Shown here: positions 38,322-48,428 of the stretch, piece by piece
How the letters are laid out: every line of letters begins with the position of its first letter
Position numbering within the stretch: the first letter of the stretch is position 1
Origin: an uncultured Candidatus Saccharibacteria bacterium
GTDB lineage: Bacteria > Patescibacteriota > Minisyncoccia > Phycocordibacterales > UBA2100
Reading direction: 5' to 3'
Length of the DNA stretch: 64,000 nt
Assembly: GCA_964584225.1 (NCBI GenBank)
Contig: CAZOZG010000002.1
Coordinates: forward strand, 5,127-69,126
The notes under the pieces: model-generated
Told to the model about the DNA's origin: nothing
Databases searched by the model: none
What the model saw: the letters and a program-made list of their open reading frames with translations, nothing else
Position numbers and translations under genes: made by a program

Positions 38322-39454
38322 CGCATCAATTCTCGATATACCGCAAGAATTGCATCCGCAGATGCCGCCCAGGTGAATTTCTTGGCGAGGACGAAGCCGT
38401 TCCGTTTGACCTCTTCGTTCCGTTTCGGATCCATGATCTCCTTCATGCCACGCGCGACATCACGCACATCGAGCGCATCCACCAAGACTGCATCGCGACC
38501 GGTGATTTCCGGTCTGGCGGTTTCTGATACCACCGTCGGGGTACCACACGCCATTGCTTCGATTGCTGGGAGACCGAACCCTTCGTTTAAGAGCGGAAAA
38601 ACAAGCGCGAAAGCCGCGCCGTACACTCCCGGCAAATCCGCTTGCTCCACGTACCTAATGACATGAACGCGCTCACGCACGCGACTCTTCTTAAGAAAAG
38701 CCCCGACGAGTGGCAGTTCTGTGCCGGTAGCTCCAACGTTGACATAGTGCATCCTCGTGTCACCGCTTTCGTTGCAGTACATCTCAAATGCTTGCAGACA
38801 GCGCACCACATTTTTTATCGGTATAAGTCGGCCCACGCCCAAAAAGAAGGACTCGGGTAGATCGTATTTCGAACGCACGGCCCGGATCAAATCGCGAGAG
38901 GCAGGCTTGAATGAATCATCCGCGCCATTGTGAATGACGCGTATCTGTCGGGCTTCGAAGCGATAGTATTTCGCAATATCGCGTGCCGCGTAAGACGAGC
39001 CAGCAATCGCTATATCGATTTGCTTTCGCCATAGTATCAGAGTCCAGTTGAAGACATGCCGGGCTGCATTGAAGCGATTGTATGCGGTGACATCCCCCGC
39101 GCCGTGTACGGTGACGACCAAATGCGTTGCCGGTGCTCTCCAAAAGAATGGATAGAGGCGGGGCTGGAACCAATGCATGATGTCGAACTGTTCGCGTGTC
39201 GTCAATATGAAATACATGAAGCGGAGCGAGCGTCTGTTGAACACGCGGAAGCGGAATTCTGGAATGATAATTTCACGAACGCCGTGCTGGTAGATTTCGT
39301 CGTCGAAACGCTCGTAGTGTATGAACGTGAGTTCAAACTCATCGCGATGCTTGAGCAATGTCTCTACGCACTTACGTGCGACCACGGCCGTACCTTTGGC
39401 GAGGCGTCCGTCGATCGTCGATGTCATGAGCGCGAGTCGAATCTTTGGCTTCAT
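38318..39454 (-). CDS. GT4 glycosyltransferase
   Basis: VGRL.P.KN, EGFGLPAIEAMACGTP, FTW. Confidence 0.9.
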   Translation of the reverse strand: MKPKIRLALMTSTIDGRLAKGTAVVARKCVETLLKHRDEFELTFIHYERFDDEIYQHGVREIIIPEFRFRVFNRRSLRFMYFILTTREQFDIMHWFQPRLYPFFWRAPATHLVVTVHGAGDVTAYNRFNAARHVFNWTLILWRKQIDIAIAGSSYAARDIAKYYRFEARQIRVIHNGADDSFKPASRDLIRAVRSKYDLPESFFLGVGRLIPIKNVVRCLQAFEMYCNESGDTRMHYVNVGATGTELPLVGAFLKKSRVRERVHVIRYVEQADLPGVYGAAFALVFPLLNEGFGLPAIEAMACGTPTVVSETARPEITGRDAVLVDALDVRDVARGMKEIMDPKRNEEVKRNGFVLAKKFTWAASADAILAVYRELMR

Positions 39455-39527
39455 ACGTGCAAAATGTCGCACCTAGAGTATGCAGGGAGCGATGGGAAAA
39501 AACAAGAAACCGTACTAGACTTCTCGC

Positions 39528-41300
39528 ATGTGCGGGATTTTCGGCATCAATGAAAAGAATGAACCACTCGTCGACGCAGCGGCTGCGTGCATTCGTCACC
39601 GCGGGCCAGATTCCTACGGCAAATGGATTGGGGAGTCTTTTTCTTTTGGTTTCGACCGACTCGCGATTATCGATCTCGATCAACGCGCCAATCAGCCGAT
39701 GTGGGACGATGCGCGCGAGCTCGCCGTTGTTTTCAACGGGGAAATCTATAATTTCAAAGAGCTGAAGAGTGAACTCGAAAAAGAATTTCAGTTTCGTACG
39801 ACCTCTGATACAGAAGTCTTGCTCTACGGGTATAAAAAATACGGACCAGCATTCGCCGAGCGATTACGTGGCATGTTTGCTTATGCGATCTACGACTCGA
39901 AGAAAAATCGTGTGGTGCTGTTTCGCGATCACGCTGGCATCAAACCCCTCCTCTACTATTTCAAAGACGGCATCTTTCTCTTCGGTTCTGAGATGAAAGC
40001 AGTTATGCGTGCGCTTTCACAAAAACAGATCGCGCCGACGCTCGATCGCGATGCAATTCAAAGTTACTTCGGGCTTGGCTATATTCTTTCTCCGGCGACG
40101 ATGTACAAACACGTTCGCAAAGTGCCTCGTGGCTCGTATCTCGAATTCGATATTGCGAAGAAGCAAATTGTTGCCGTAGAACATTTTAAAAGTCCCGGGG
40201 CGAAGGCGAAAAGTGATGACGAGCTTTTCACGATTATCGAACAAAGCATTCTTGATCACCTGATCGCAGATGTGCCCGTCGGTCTCTTTTTCTCAGGGGG
40301 AACGGATTCATCGCTTATTGCATCGATCTTGCACGCGCACAAGGTGGACCTTGAGACATTCAGTATCGGAGTCGAGGGACGAGACACCGACCGAAAATAC
40401 TTTTCCGAAATAAGCGAAACGCTCGGCATCAAGGCGCACGCGTTCGATTTCACACCCGCGGAATTCAACGCGGTCTACGAACCCGTCATGAACAAAGTGG
40501 ATGAACCATGCGCCGATATTTCGATTTTTCCCACGTACTTTGTCTCTCAAAAAGCCGCGGAACGGGTGAAAGTGGTGCTTTCTGGCGAAGGCGGTGACGA
40601 ACTTTTCTTTGGATACGCGCGGCAGCGCGCGCTCGCGCGCCTCCGCGGCGCGCGCTGCCGCGCTTCCCTCACACTTGTCGAACAACTTTTCTTGCGCACA
40701 CCAACCTTTAAAGGCAAAAACTTCGTTTTCGAGAAGATCTTTACGCTCCTACGACAGCCCGTGAGCGCGTACCTCCTCTTCATGTCACCGTCGCGTGACC
40801 TTACCAATCCTGCTGCGTGGGCTGCTGCAAAAAAATCTCTCGTAGAGCAGGCGAATGAACCACTCTACTTCGACCGCGATCTGTATCTTGAAAATGATTT
40901 ATTGCGTAAGACCGACTTCGCGACATCACTAAACTCAATCGAAGGCCGCGTTCCCCTTCTCGACCCACGTATCATCGCAGCCGCACCGGCGTTTGCCAGT
41001 GAATACAAACCATCGGCACCGTCGAAACCAGTGCTGAAACGGCTTCTCGCTCGTTTTTTGCCGAAAGAATTGGTGTACCGCCCAAAAAGTGGTTTTGGGA
41101 TTCCGCTGCTGCGAATGCTGCCTCATTCAGAGGCTTTGCGACGTGATCTCGATTTGGCAATTGCTTACCTGCAAAAAGAGAGGCTCTTGTATGCAACATT
41201 GCCACGCACACGTGAAGAACTGGTGGCTCGGTATCCGAATCTGTGTTTCGCGATGATCAGTCTTTACCGTGCGCTCACGAACAACGCATCACAAGCCTGA
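39528..41300 (+). CDS. asnB: Second AsnB-type amidotransferase
   Basis: MCGIFG, HRGPD, RLAIIDL, FNGEIYN, SGGTDSS, SGEGGDELF.GY, EGRVP.LD. Confidence 0.92.
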   Translation: MCGIFGINEKNEPLVDAAAACIRHRGPDSYGKWIGESFSFGFDRLAIIDLDQRANQPMWDDARELAVVFNGEIYNFKELKSELEKEFQFRTTSDTEVLLYGYKKYGPAFAERLRGMFAYAIYDSKKNRVVLFRDHAGIKPLLYYFKDGIFLFGSEMKAVMRALSQKQIAPTLDRDAIQSYFGLGYILSPATMYKHVRKVPRGSYLEFDIAKKQIVAVEHFKSPGAKAKSDDELFTIIEQSILDHLIADVPVGLFFSGGTDSSLIASILHAHKVDLETFSIGVEGRDTDRKYFSEISETLGIKAHAFDFTPAEFNAVYEPVMNKVDEPCADISIFPTYFVSQKAAERVKVVLSGEGGDELFFGYARQRALARLRGARCRASLTLVEQLFLRTPTFKGKNFVFEKIFTLLRQPVSAYLLFMSPSRDLTNPAAWAAAKKSLVEQANEPLYFDRDLYLENDLLRKTDFATSLNSIEGRVPLLDPRIIAAAPAFASEYKPSAPSKPVLKRLLARFLPKELVYRPKSGFGIPLLRMLPHSEALRRDLDLAIAYLQKERLLYATLPRTREELVARYPNLCFAMISLYRALTNNASQA

Positions 41301-42344
41301 GAGAATATCGATGAGTTTTTGGAGTTGTTGCCCGTCTTCGCGATCGGCACGCACTTTTTGAAAACCCGCCACACCGAGCTCGCGTATGCGCTCTAGTGAA
41401 GCAGTGACGCCGCGAATCGCGTGTGCAAGCGCAGGGGCGGTGCGCTCCTGCACGAGCGCACCGCACTGCTCGTCTACAAACTCGTGCATACCTGGAATAT
41501 CGAAAGCGACCACAGGCATCGCCGCACGCTGCGCTTCCGCGACGACGTTGGGACACCCTTCCCGCTGCGACGGTAAAACAAAGAGATCGTGCGTGCGGTA
41601 GAGCTCCTCGACTCGAGCAGGCGCGACAGCACCGAGGAACGAGACGCGCGAGCCTAAGGAAGCGGCGCGCGCTTCAAGCGCGCGCCGCTCTTTCCCCTCT
41701 CCTGCAATCGTCAGCGTATACTCGCGTGGCAACTCCTTCATCGCGTCAATCAAAATCGCCTGATCTTTTTTTGGAGTGAGACTTCCGACCGTCAGGAGTT
41801 TTGTCCCGGCGAACACACGAGCTGGCGACTCTGTGGGGAGCTGAATGCCGTTGTAGAGAATCCGCATGCGCCGCGAGAGCCACGGCGCATGTGCGCACAG
41901 AGAATCCGCCACCGCGTGAGAAACAGCGATGATCGCGTTTGATGTGAATCCAAGCGCAATGTCAACGAATTTGTAGAGCACGGGTTTGATGTCGGCCATG
42001 TTCGCTTCGCGTGTCACGAGCGAGAGTCGTGGCGAAAAGATTTTTACACATCGCCCAAAAGTATTTGTCTCGTTGAGTGTCGTATATAATACATCGATTT
42101 TGTGCTCGCGACACAGAGCGCTCAGCCGCCGCAGCGCACCAAAGTCAAAAATCGATCGGGCGCCGATGTTCATAACACGCTCCTGAGGCACCCGAAGTTC
42201 TCCAATGCGAGCTCCGGGCGTAAACAATGTCACGGCATGTACTTCCCATCCGCGCTCATAGAGCTCATTGATTTGGGAGATAAAGACTGACTCAGCTCCG
42301 CCGAGTGCAAAAGAATTTATAAGAAACGCGACACGTTTTTTCAT
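41289..42344 (-). CDS. GT4 glycosyltransferase
   Basis: GGAE, YNGI, VGSL...K, PS..EG.PNVVAEA. Confidence 0.9.
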   Translation of the reverse strand: MKKRVAFLINSFALGGAESVFISQINELYERGWEVHAVTLFTPGARIGELRVPQERVMNIGARSIFDFGALRRLSALCREHKIDVLYTTLNETNTFGRCVKIFSPRLSLVTREANMADIKPVLYKFVDIALGFTSNAIIAVSHAVADSLCAHAPWLSRRMRILYNGIQLPTESPARVFAGTKLLTVGSLTPKKDQAILIDAMKELPREYTLTIAGEGKERRALEARAASLGSRVSFLGAVAPARVEELYRTHDLFVLPSQREGCPNVVAEAQRAAMPVVAFDIPGMHEFVDEQCGALVQERTAPALAHAIRGVTASLERIRELGVAGFQKVRADREDGQQLQKLIDILSGL

Positions 42345-43705
42345 ATGAAGCGATGTCGAATCCATAATGCGAATGTGGCGACAACGTCCATTGCAATCAG
42401 AAAAAGGAACGGTTCGATGGGAATTCTGTAGCGAGGATTCGCGACTGGGCCCGCGATGAGCGCAAGAATGCCAACCAAGGCGATCGTACCGAGCACAAAG
42501 ACGATCAGACGACTACGACGATATATCCACGACGCAGCAAACAAACTCAACCAAGCAAAAAGCCATACGAGCCGTTCGAGGAGAATTGGAATGTTTGAGA
42601 AAATACTCTGGATGACGCCTGCATAATCGCCACGCACCAAGCTCTCGGTCGGCGTGTGGTACATCTGTGGCGATCCGGAAAGAATTCCGAGGTCATGAAG
42701 CTCCAGATAGAGCGTCCCGATGCTTGTGCCGAAGAAAAATGGTGCGGTCGAGAGTACGTGATATCGGGCATAGGCAAACGGCTGTGAGAGAATCGCCGCG
42801 CGCACAACCGCTTTTTCCTGCGCAGTAAATGCGAACGACTGCTGCGCATCGGAGTCGCTCGTGCCGATCTCAGCAAACATGTCCGCGTGAACGTCGTCGA
42901 TCGACTTTCCCATCTCAGCGGCTTTAAAACCAGCGACGTCGTAATACCAGAGCGTATAGGTACCATTTGGTGAAAGTGCAAAATGACCCGCGACGTGCTC
43001 GTTGCGAATCATCCACGGGACGAGGACAACAAACGCGCACAGGAGTATCGTTAAAAGACCAATCGCGCATTTTTTTGTATCTGGCCAGTACCGTACTACT
43101 CCCATGAGTGCAATAAATGGCGTCATGTAGAGTCCGATCGGCCGAACGAGAATCGCCAATCCGATCAGGATGCCGCTCAGAGCAAGCGGAATCAACCAGT
43201 GCCGTTTCGTCGTGAGCAGCATTAGATAGAAACCGCTCAAGAAAAGTGCCATAAACAATGTCTCTGACAATGCAAACCACGTGTGCAGGAAAACAATCGG
43301 GTCGATAAGATACAAGAGCGCCGCGGCTATTGCAACGGGTCGCGAGAAAAAACGAACTCCGATGAAATACGTCAATGACGCTGCATATGCAGTCAGCAAA
43401 AGTTGCGCGAAGGGAACGATCAGCAGGGACGAAGAGACTGAAAACAATAAAGCGAGAAACGCTGGATAGCCCGGTGTCCGGAAAACATCCGGTGCGCTTG
43501 TCGCCGTAAGCGCAAAGCGGTGATCGGAAAGCATAGTCCGCGCGAGCGTGATGTAGCCGACCGAATCTGGACTTGCAATCATCTGTTCGACACTGCGCCC
43601 ATGCGCGCTGCCGGCGTTATACATAGCGACAAACAAGGCACCGTAGACAAGGAGACATACGAGCGCGATAACGCTTGCAATTTGAATGTCAGTCAACTTT
43701 TTCAT
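42341..43705 (-). CDS. GT-C (PMT/ArnT-like) membrane glycosyltransferase
   Basis: DS.GY..LA, FRTPGYP.FLA, LSETLF, VRP, PWMIRN, RYRIP. Confidence 0.85.
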   Translation of the reverse strand: MKKLTDIQIASVIALVCLLVYGALFVAMYNAGSAHGRSVEQMIASPDSVGYITLARTMLSDHRFALTATSAPDVFRTPGYPAFLALLFSVSSSLLIVPFAQLLLTAYAASLTYFIGVRFFSRPVAIAAALLYLIDPIVFLHTWFALSETLFMALFLSGFYLMLLTTKRHWLIPLALSGILIGLAILVRPIGLYMTPFIALMGVVRYWPDTKKCAIGLLTILLCAFVVLVPWMIRNEHVAGHFALSPNGTYTLWYYDVAGFKAAEMGKSIDDVHADMFAEIGTSDSDAQQSFAFTAQEKAVVRAAILSQPFAYARYHVLSTAPFFFGTSIGTLYLELHDLGILSGSPQMYHTPTESLVRGDYAGVIQSIFSNIPILLERLVWLFAWLSLFAASWIYRRSRLIVFVLGTIALVGILALIAGPVANPRYRIPIEPFLFLIAMDVVATFALWIRHRFI

Positions 43706-44715
43706 GACAGCAGCGCAAAAAGACGCTGGGAAAGAAGCGCCAGAGAATGCTCCCGCTCAACATACTCCCTGCAACTTCGTGCGATGTGCTCACGCTCAGC
43801 AGGAGCGAGAGACAGCGCATATCGTAACGTCGACACAAGTGTTTCAGTCGATCCGTCTGTGACGAATAACTGCGTCGGGATAACGTCTTTCACCGCGTCA
43901 TTCGCGACAATCGGAAGACACCCGGAAGCCATCGCTTCGCCGATTGTTTTATCGAATGAGCCCGACGGCGTGAGATTGCAGTAGATCGCGTGCGCGCGAT
44001 AAATGGCTGGAGTCTCCTCGTTACGTACGGCTCCATGAAATTCAAGAGACGGAATCCCCGTAAATTTTGATTTCACTTCCCGTGCATACGACTCGTGGCC
44101 CACCGTCGCGTCGCCATACACATCGGCATGTACGTGCTCACGTTCGAGTGACGCAAGAGCTGCGAGAAAGACTTCCAGTTTTTTGACAGGATCGAGTCGA
44201 CCCAAAAAAAGGATCGAATCCGCCGGTGCCTTGTCGGTCGGCGTAAAGAGCGTCGTATCAATGCCAATCGGCATGCGCGTCGCGTTTTGGTAGTGAGCGA
44301 CGTACGCTGATGGTGACGTGTAACAAACTCTCGTCGACAGCATCGCTGCAATACGAGTTTGCCACGTGCCTTTTTTGTGATTGCGCCAGAGAATGACCTT
44401 TTTGCCGAGAAAACGCCAGAGGATACCAGCGAGCAATACATATTCCTGATTCATGTGTACGAATACGGCGTCGTATTGATTGCGAAGCGACCAGACGAGT
44501 CTATAAAAACGCAGAACTCTAGAAACGCGCGGCCTGCCGCGCTCCTTCCCGAGTGAACTCACACGTACATTTGTGGGCAACTGATACCGACCTTCCCGCA
44601 AACAAATCACCTCAATCGCCTCGCAATGCTTTGCAAATTCCACAAGCCATCCATGGAAAAAACCCAAAACCGGGTCGTCGAGGTCCAAGGCTTGCGTGGT
44701 GACAAGCAGCCGCAT
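43702..44715 (-). CDS. GT4 glycosyltransferase
   Basis: TQ..D..DP.LGFF..W, GID, GR..PVK, GSFDKT..EAMASG. Confidence 0.88.
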   Translation of the reverse strand: MRLLVTTQALDLDDPVLGFFHGWLVEFAKHCEAIEVICLREGRYQLPTNVRVSSLGKERGRPRVSRVLRFYRLVWSLRNQYDAVFVHMNQEYVLLAGILWRFLGKKVILWRNHKKGTWQTRIAAMLSTRVCYTSPSAYVAHYQNATRMPIGIDTTLFTPTDKAPADSILFLGRLDPVKKLEVFLAALASLEREHVHADVYGDATVGHESYAREVKSKFTGIPSLEFHGAVRNEETPAIYRAHAIYCNLTPSGSFDKTIGEAMASGCLPIVANDAVKDVIPTQLFVTDGSTETLVSTLRYALSLAPAEREHIARSCREYVEREHSLALLSQRLFALLS

Positions 44716-44719
44716 TGTG

Positions 44720-45610
44720 TTATTTTCGCACCTTTTTCGCTTTCGCGCCTTTCAAAACACTTTTGCCGTATACGCCCTCCAACAGGTCGAGGTCTTTGTG
44801 CGTGGACGTGAGGAGCTCAATGTTTTTCGCTTCCATTGCCTTCAAAACCTCGAATGCGCGTTTGTCATGCGGAAGATGCTTTTTGAAAAGTCGGCTCAAT
44901 GCCGCGACATCTTTGATGAAGCAACCACCGCCTGCGCCACGGCCGCTTTTGTGCACCGGGTTGCTGTAGCGATTCGAAATCAACGGATCCGCTTTGATCG
45001 CGCGATTCACCACGTCCCAGTTGGCCCCGAATTGCTGCGCGAGATCGTACATGAGGTTGAAGAGAATCACTTGCGTGTAGCCGCTCGCGTTGTGTGTGTA
45101 TTTGAAAATTTCTGCCTCGGCACTTTTCACAATTTCCGAGTGCGGCGCTTTCGGAAGCGTTTTCATCACGCGTTCCGCGGCCATGTAGTGTTTCGCATCA
45201 GAGACTGGTAGACCGACGAGATTGACGAACGGGTGCGCAGCATCGTGCACGTGCGACGCAATCGAGAGGAACTCGGGTCCAAACAACACAATCCGATCGG
45301 AGAATTTCTTCTGCAACATTTCTGTCGTGCCCGGCAAAATCGTTGATTTGATGACGGCAATTTTTCCCTTGCCGACGAGCGGAATCACGCTCTGCACCAC
45401 AGAGATGTCGAAACCTTTCGGCGTCGTCGGCGTCCAGACTGCAATGAAAACAATGTCGCAGTCTTTGATTTTGTCTTTATTTTTGATCCACGGCTTTTCG
45501 AGCGAGTAACGCACGACCTCATAGCCGCGCTCCTCGTAATTATCCGCGTATGCTTTACCGATCCAGCCCTGCCCGATGAAACCAATGCGAGGCTTGCCGT
45601 TTTTCGCCAT
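44720..45610 (-). CDS. UDP-glucose/GDP-mannose dehydrogenase family, lacking C-terminal domain
   Basis: GQGWIG, V.TP, IKST..PGTT, PEFL, AE..KY..N, GAGGGCFIKD; only 296 aa. Confidence 0.82.
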   Translation of the reverse strand: MAKNGKPRIGFIGQGWIGKAYADNYEERGYEVVRYSLEKPWIKNKDKIKDCDIVFIAVWTPTTPKGFDISVVQSVIPLVGKGKIAVIKSTILPGTTEMLQKKFSDRIVLFGPEFLSIASHVHDAAHPFVNLVGLPVSDAKHYMAAERVMKTLPKAPHSEIVKSAEAEIFKYTHNASGYTQVILFNLMYDLAQQFGANWDVVNRAIKADPLISNRYSNPVHKSGRGAGGGCFIKDVAALSRLFKKHLPHDKRAFEVLKAMEAKNIELLTSTHKDLDLLEGVYGKSVLKGAKAKKVRK

Positions 45611-45636
45611 AGGAAGGCATTATGGCGATTTTTTGG

Positions 45637-46773
45637 CTATACGCAAGCCTGAATGTCGTCGACGTAGCTTCTCAGATATTCATCAAAATTTTTGTATGGA
45701 TATTCCTTGAGCACACCGGTCCGCGAGCCATCTTTGAACCATTGCGCGAGAGCGTCGGCGAAGCCGGCTTCGGTCGTGACGATTGCGCCTACTTCTCGGG
45801 CAATCCCAACGTCGGTCGACAATACTGGTTTGCCGGCGGCGAGTGCTTCCACGATCACGAGTCCGTACCCTTCGTACTTCGAAGGAACGAGAACGAGATC
45901 CGAAAGTCGGTAGTGTGGCCCAGGATCTCGAGTCTCCTCGAAGAACACGCGATCTGCGACGCCAAGATCGCGTGCGGCGCTCTCGAGCGCCGCACGCTGA
46001 CCTCCCTTTCCAATAATGATCAAACCGGTGTCACTCGGTGCGCTCTGCGCGAAAGCGCGGATCGCAAGTGCGACATTTTTTTCCGGTTCAAGACGAGCGA
46101 CCACAAGAAGTTTCGTCGCAAATTTTCCAAAACGTCTAATCAAATCAGGGTTATGCTCGATGTGCGCGAAGCGATCAACATCAGCGTAAATCGGCAACAC
46201 GACGACGGGTGACGCCAGGTTGAAACGCGTTTCGATGCTTCGTTTGATGTGTTCGGAGACGACGCGCACTCGCGACGCGCGACGCAGCACGTATCCGGCA
46301 ATCCAAACGCGCACGCGATTTACGAGTGAGAGCCGCGCGAACGCTGGCGCCAGAAAATCCGTGTGCACTTGCACATGCAATTTCGCGCCCAGGCGCTCTG
46401 CGATTTTCAATCCTGCGTAGCCGGTTTCAAACGGATCCTGTACCGTGACGATATCGGCTTTCTCAAGCGCACGACCGATACGTATCGCATCAAAAATCCT
46501 GCGAACGCGCGATGATGAATTGGTCGGAATGAGCATCACTGAGCCGATCGTCTCTTTTTTGTACGAGCCGCCGCACATCACGATGATGTCGACGCGTGAG
46601 AAGAAACGCGTATACGCCAAAATGCGCTCCCGCACTTTTGAATTTTTGTCAAAAACTGCCGTCTCCGTACCTACAACGATGAGCGATTGTGAGCTATGAT
46701 GCTCCGAATGAAACGATTGCTGCTTCGCGCCGCCGGTTGTGTCGGCTTGCCCGCTGTGTTCAGATTCTTCCAT
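45637..46773 (-). CDS. GT4 glycosyltransferase (start uncertain; overlaps divergent gene)
   Basis: QDPFETG, QVHTDF, ARLEPEKN, EGYGLVIVEALAAG; nearest in-frame ATG upstream of the domain is 46773. Confidence 0.82.
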   Translation of the reverse strand: MEESEHSGQADTTGGAKQQSFHSEHHSSQSLIVVGTETAVFDKNSKVRERILAYTRFFSRVDIIVMCGGSYKKETIGSVMLIPTNSSSRVRRIFDAIRIGRALEKADIVTVQDPFETGYAGLKIAERLGAKLHVQVHTDFLAPAFARLSLVNRVRVWIAGYVLRRASRVRVVSEHIKRSIETRFNLASPVVVLPIYADVDRFAHIEHNPDLIRRFGKFATKLLVVARLEPEKNVALAIRAFAQSAPSDTGLIIIGKGGQRAALESAARDLGVADRVFFEETRDPGPHYRLSDLVLVPSKYEGYGLVIVEALAAGKPVLSTDVGIAREVGAIVTTEAGFADALAQWFKDGSRTGVLKEYPYKNFDEYLRSYVDDIQACV

Positions 46774-47682
46774 AGAAATACGTTGACAATCGTACTCTAT
46801 CACGGCGTCGCGCCGAAGCGCGACATCGGCAAAGAAAACAATCTGTATAATTACCGCGGCAAATATATCGCGCCGGAAGATTTTGAATGGCAAATGCAGT
46901 ACATCAAAAAGCATTACACTGTGCTCGATCTTGAAAAAGCGCTTTCACGGATGCGCGAAAATACGCTGCCGAGAAATGCACTCGCGATTACCTTTGACGA
47001 TGGTTACCGGAATTTTTACGATTACGCGTATCCGATTCTCAAAAAAAACAACCTGACGGCGACGATGTTTTTAGTGAGCGACTTTGTGCTCGAAAAGAAA
47101 CCGCTGTGGGTCGATAGACTCGAGTATGCTATGGGTAACTTGAAGATCGAACGCGCAGAGAAAATAAAGAAAGACTCTGTTATGCGTCAGGAGTTGAAAC
47201 GAGCTAGCTCTGTCGAGCGGGAACAACGTTTGAGGGCGCTTGAACAAGAAACCGGCGCGCTACTTTCCGATTTTGACGGCGAAAAAGCAGTGTATGCGCC
47301 ACTTTCGGTCGAACAGATGCAGGAAATGCGCGCGCTAGTCTCCTTCGGCGCGCATACAAAAACGCACCCAATCCTGAGCACAGAATCAAGCACCGACGCC
47401 GAGCGCGACATCCGCGAATCGAAAGAATCTCTTGAGCGGGCACTCGGAAAGCTCTCATCAGTGTTTGCCTATCCCAACGGACAGCCCGGCGATTGGACTG
47501 AAGCAAACGAGCAATCGCTCAAGAGACTTGGTTTTACCTACGCTCTGACGACGACCGAGGGGACAAACACGAGCACGACACACCCTTTTCGACTCACCCG
47601 AGTTGTGTTAGACAGTACCAATCGCTCCGGTGCATTTGCAGCAATCCTCACTGGCGTGCGATCATTCTTGAAATCACTATGA
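46696..47682 (+). CDS. Polysaccharide deacetylase (CE4/NodB-like)
   Basis: LYHGV, ITFDDGY, GAHT.THP, FAYPNG. Confidence 0.9.
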   Translation: MMLRMKRLLLRAAGCVGLPAVFRFFHRNTLTIVLYHGVAPKRDIGKENNLYNYRGKYIAPEDFEWQMQYIKKHYTVLDLEKALSRMRENTLPRNALAITFDDGYRNFYDYAYPILKKNNLTATMFLVSDFVLEKKPLWVDRLEYAMGNLKIERAEKIKKDSVMRQELKRASSVEREQRLRALEQETGALLSDFDGEKAVYAPLSVEQMQEMRALVSFGAHTKTHPILSTESSTDAERDIRESKESLERALGKLSSVFAYPNGQPGDWTEANEQSLKRLGFTYALTTTEGTNTSTTHPFRLTRVVLDSTNRSGAFAAILTGVRSFLKSL

Positions 47683-48428
47683 CCACGCGCACAGAAGTCA
47701 CTTTTTTCAACGACACGAGTAATTCCTATCTCGCGGAATACCAGCGTGAGACGCCGGAAGGCTACTCGTTTCGCGTGCGCCGCGAAAAAGTCTTAGCGAT
47801 GTTGCCCGAAGGCAGTGGCAAAAAGATTCTCGATCTCGCTTCAGGCCCTGGGACCATGATCAAGGGTCTCCGAGCGAAAAACTACGATGTGACCTGCGTC
47901 GACGCGGCGCCCGACATGATTGAGCTTGCAAAAAAAGAAGCGAGCACCGACCCGTACGTCGTGTGCGAAGTTGGCGACGCATACGGATTGCGTTTCGCCG
48001 ACAATGCTTTCGACATCGAAACCGCAATGGGACTTATCGAATATCTCGACGACGAACACAAGTATTTGAATGAAGTAAAACGCATCGTAAAACCGGGCGG
48101 CACTGCCATTATTACGTTCCCGAATATCTGGAGTCCGTGGCGCGCGTGGAACCGCGTATTACGCGCCGTTCGCAATAGTGTAAAGCCACACAAAGCAACA
48201 GGCCTCCTGCATCGCGAATACACTGCAAAACGCGTACGCGCGCTCATGGACGAACACGGTTTTGATACTGTAGATGTGTTGTACTACAACCTCAAACTTG
48301 TTCCCTACCCCTTGGATCGGCTGTTCCCGCGGTTTACTGTGTGGTTCTCTCACGTGTGCGAGAAACTCGACAGGACACCGTTGCGCTGGTTTGGCACTGC
48401 TTTTATCGTTGAGGCACGCAAGCGCTAG
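47679..48428 (+). CDS. Class I SAM-dependent methyltransferase
   Basis: LDLASGPG, D.A..M, L.F.DNAFD, KPGG. Confidence 0.88.
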   Translation: MTTRTEVTFFNDTSNSYLAEYQRETPEGYSFRVRREKVLAMLPEGSGKKILDLASGPGTMIKGLRAKNYDVTCVDAAPDMIELAKKEASTDPYVVCEVGDAYGLRFADNAFDIETAMGLIEYLDDEHKYLNEVKRIVKPGGTAIITFPNIWSPWRAWNRVLRAVRNSVKPHKATGLLHREYTAKRVRALMDEHGFDTVDVLYYNLKLVPYPLDRLFPRFTVWFSHVCEKLDRTPLRWFGTAFIVEARKR

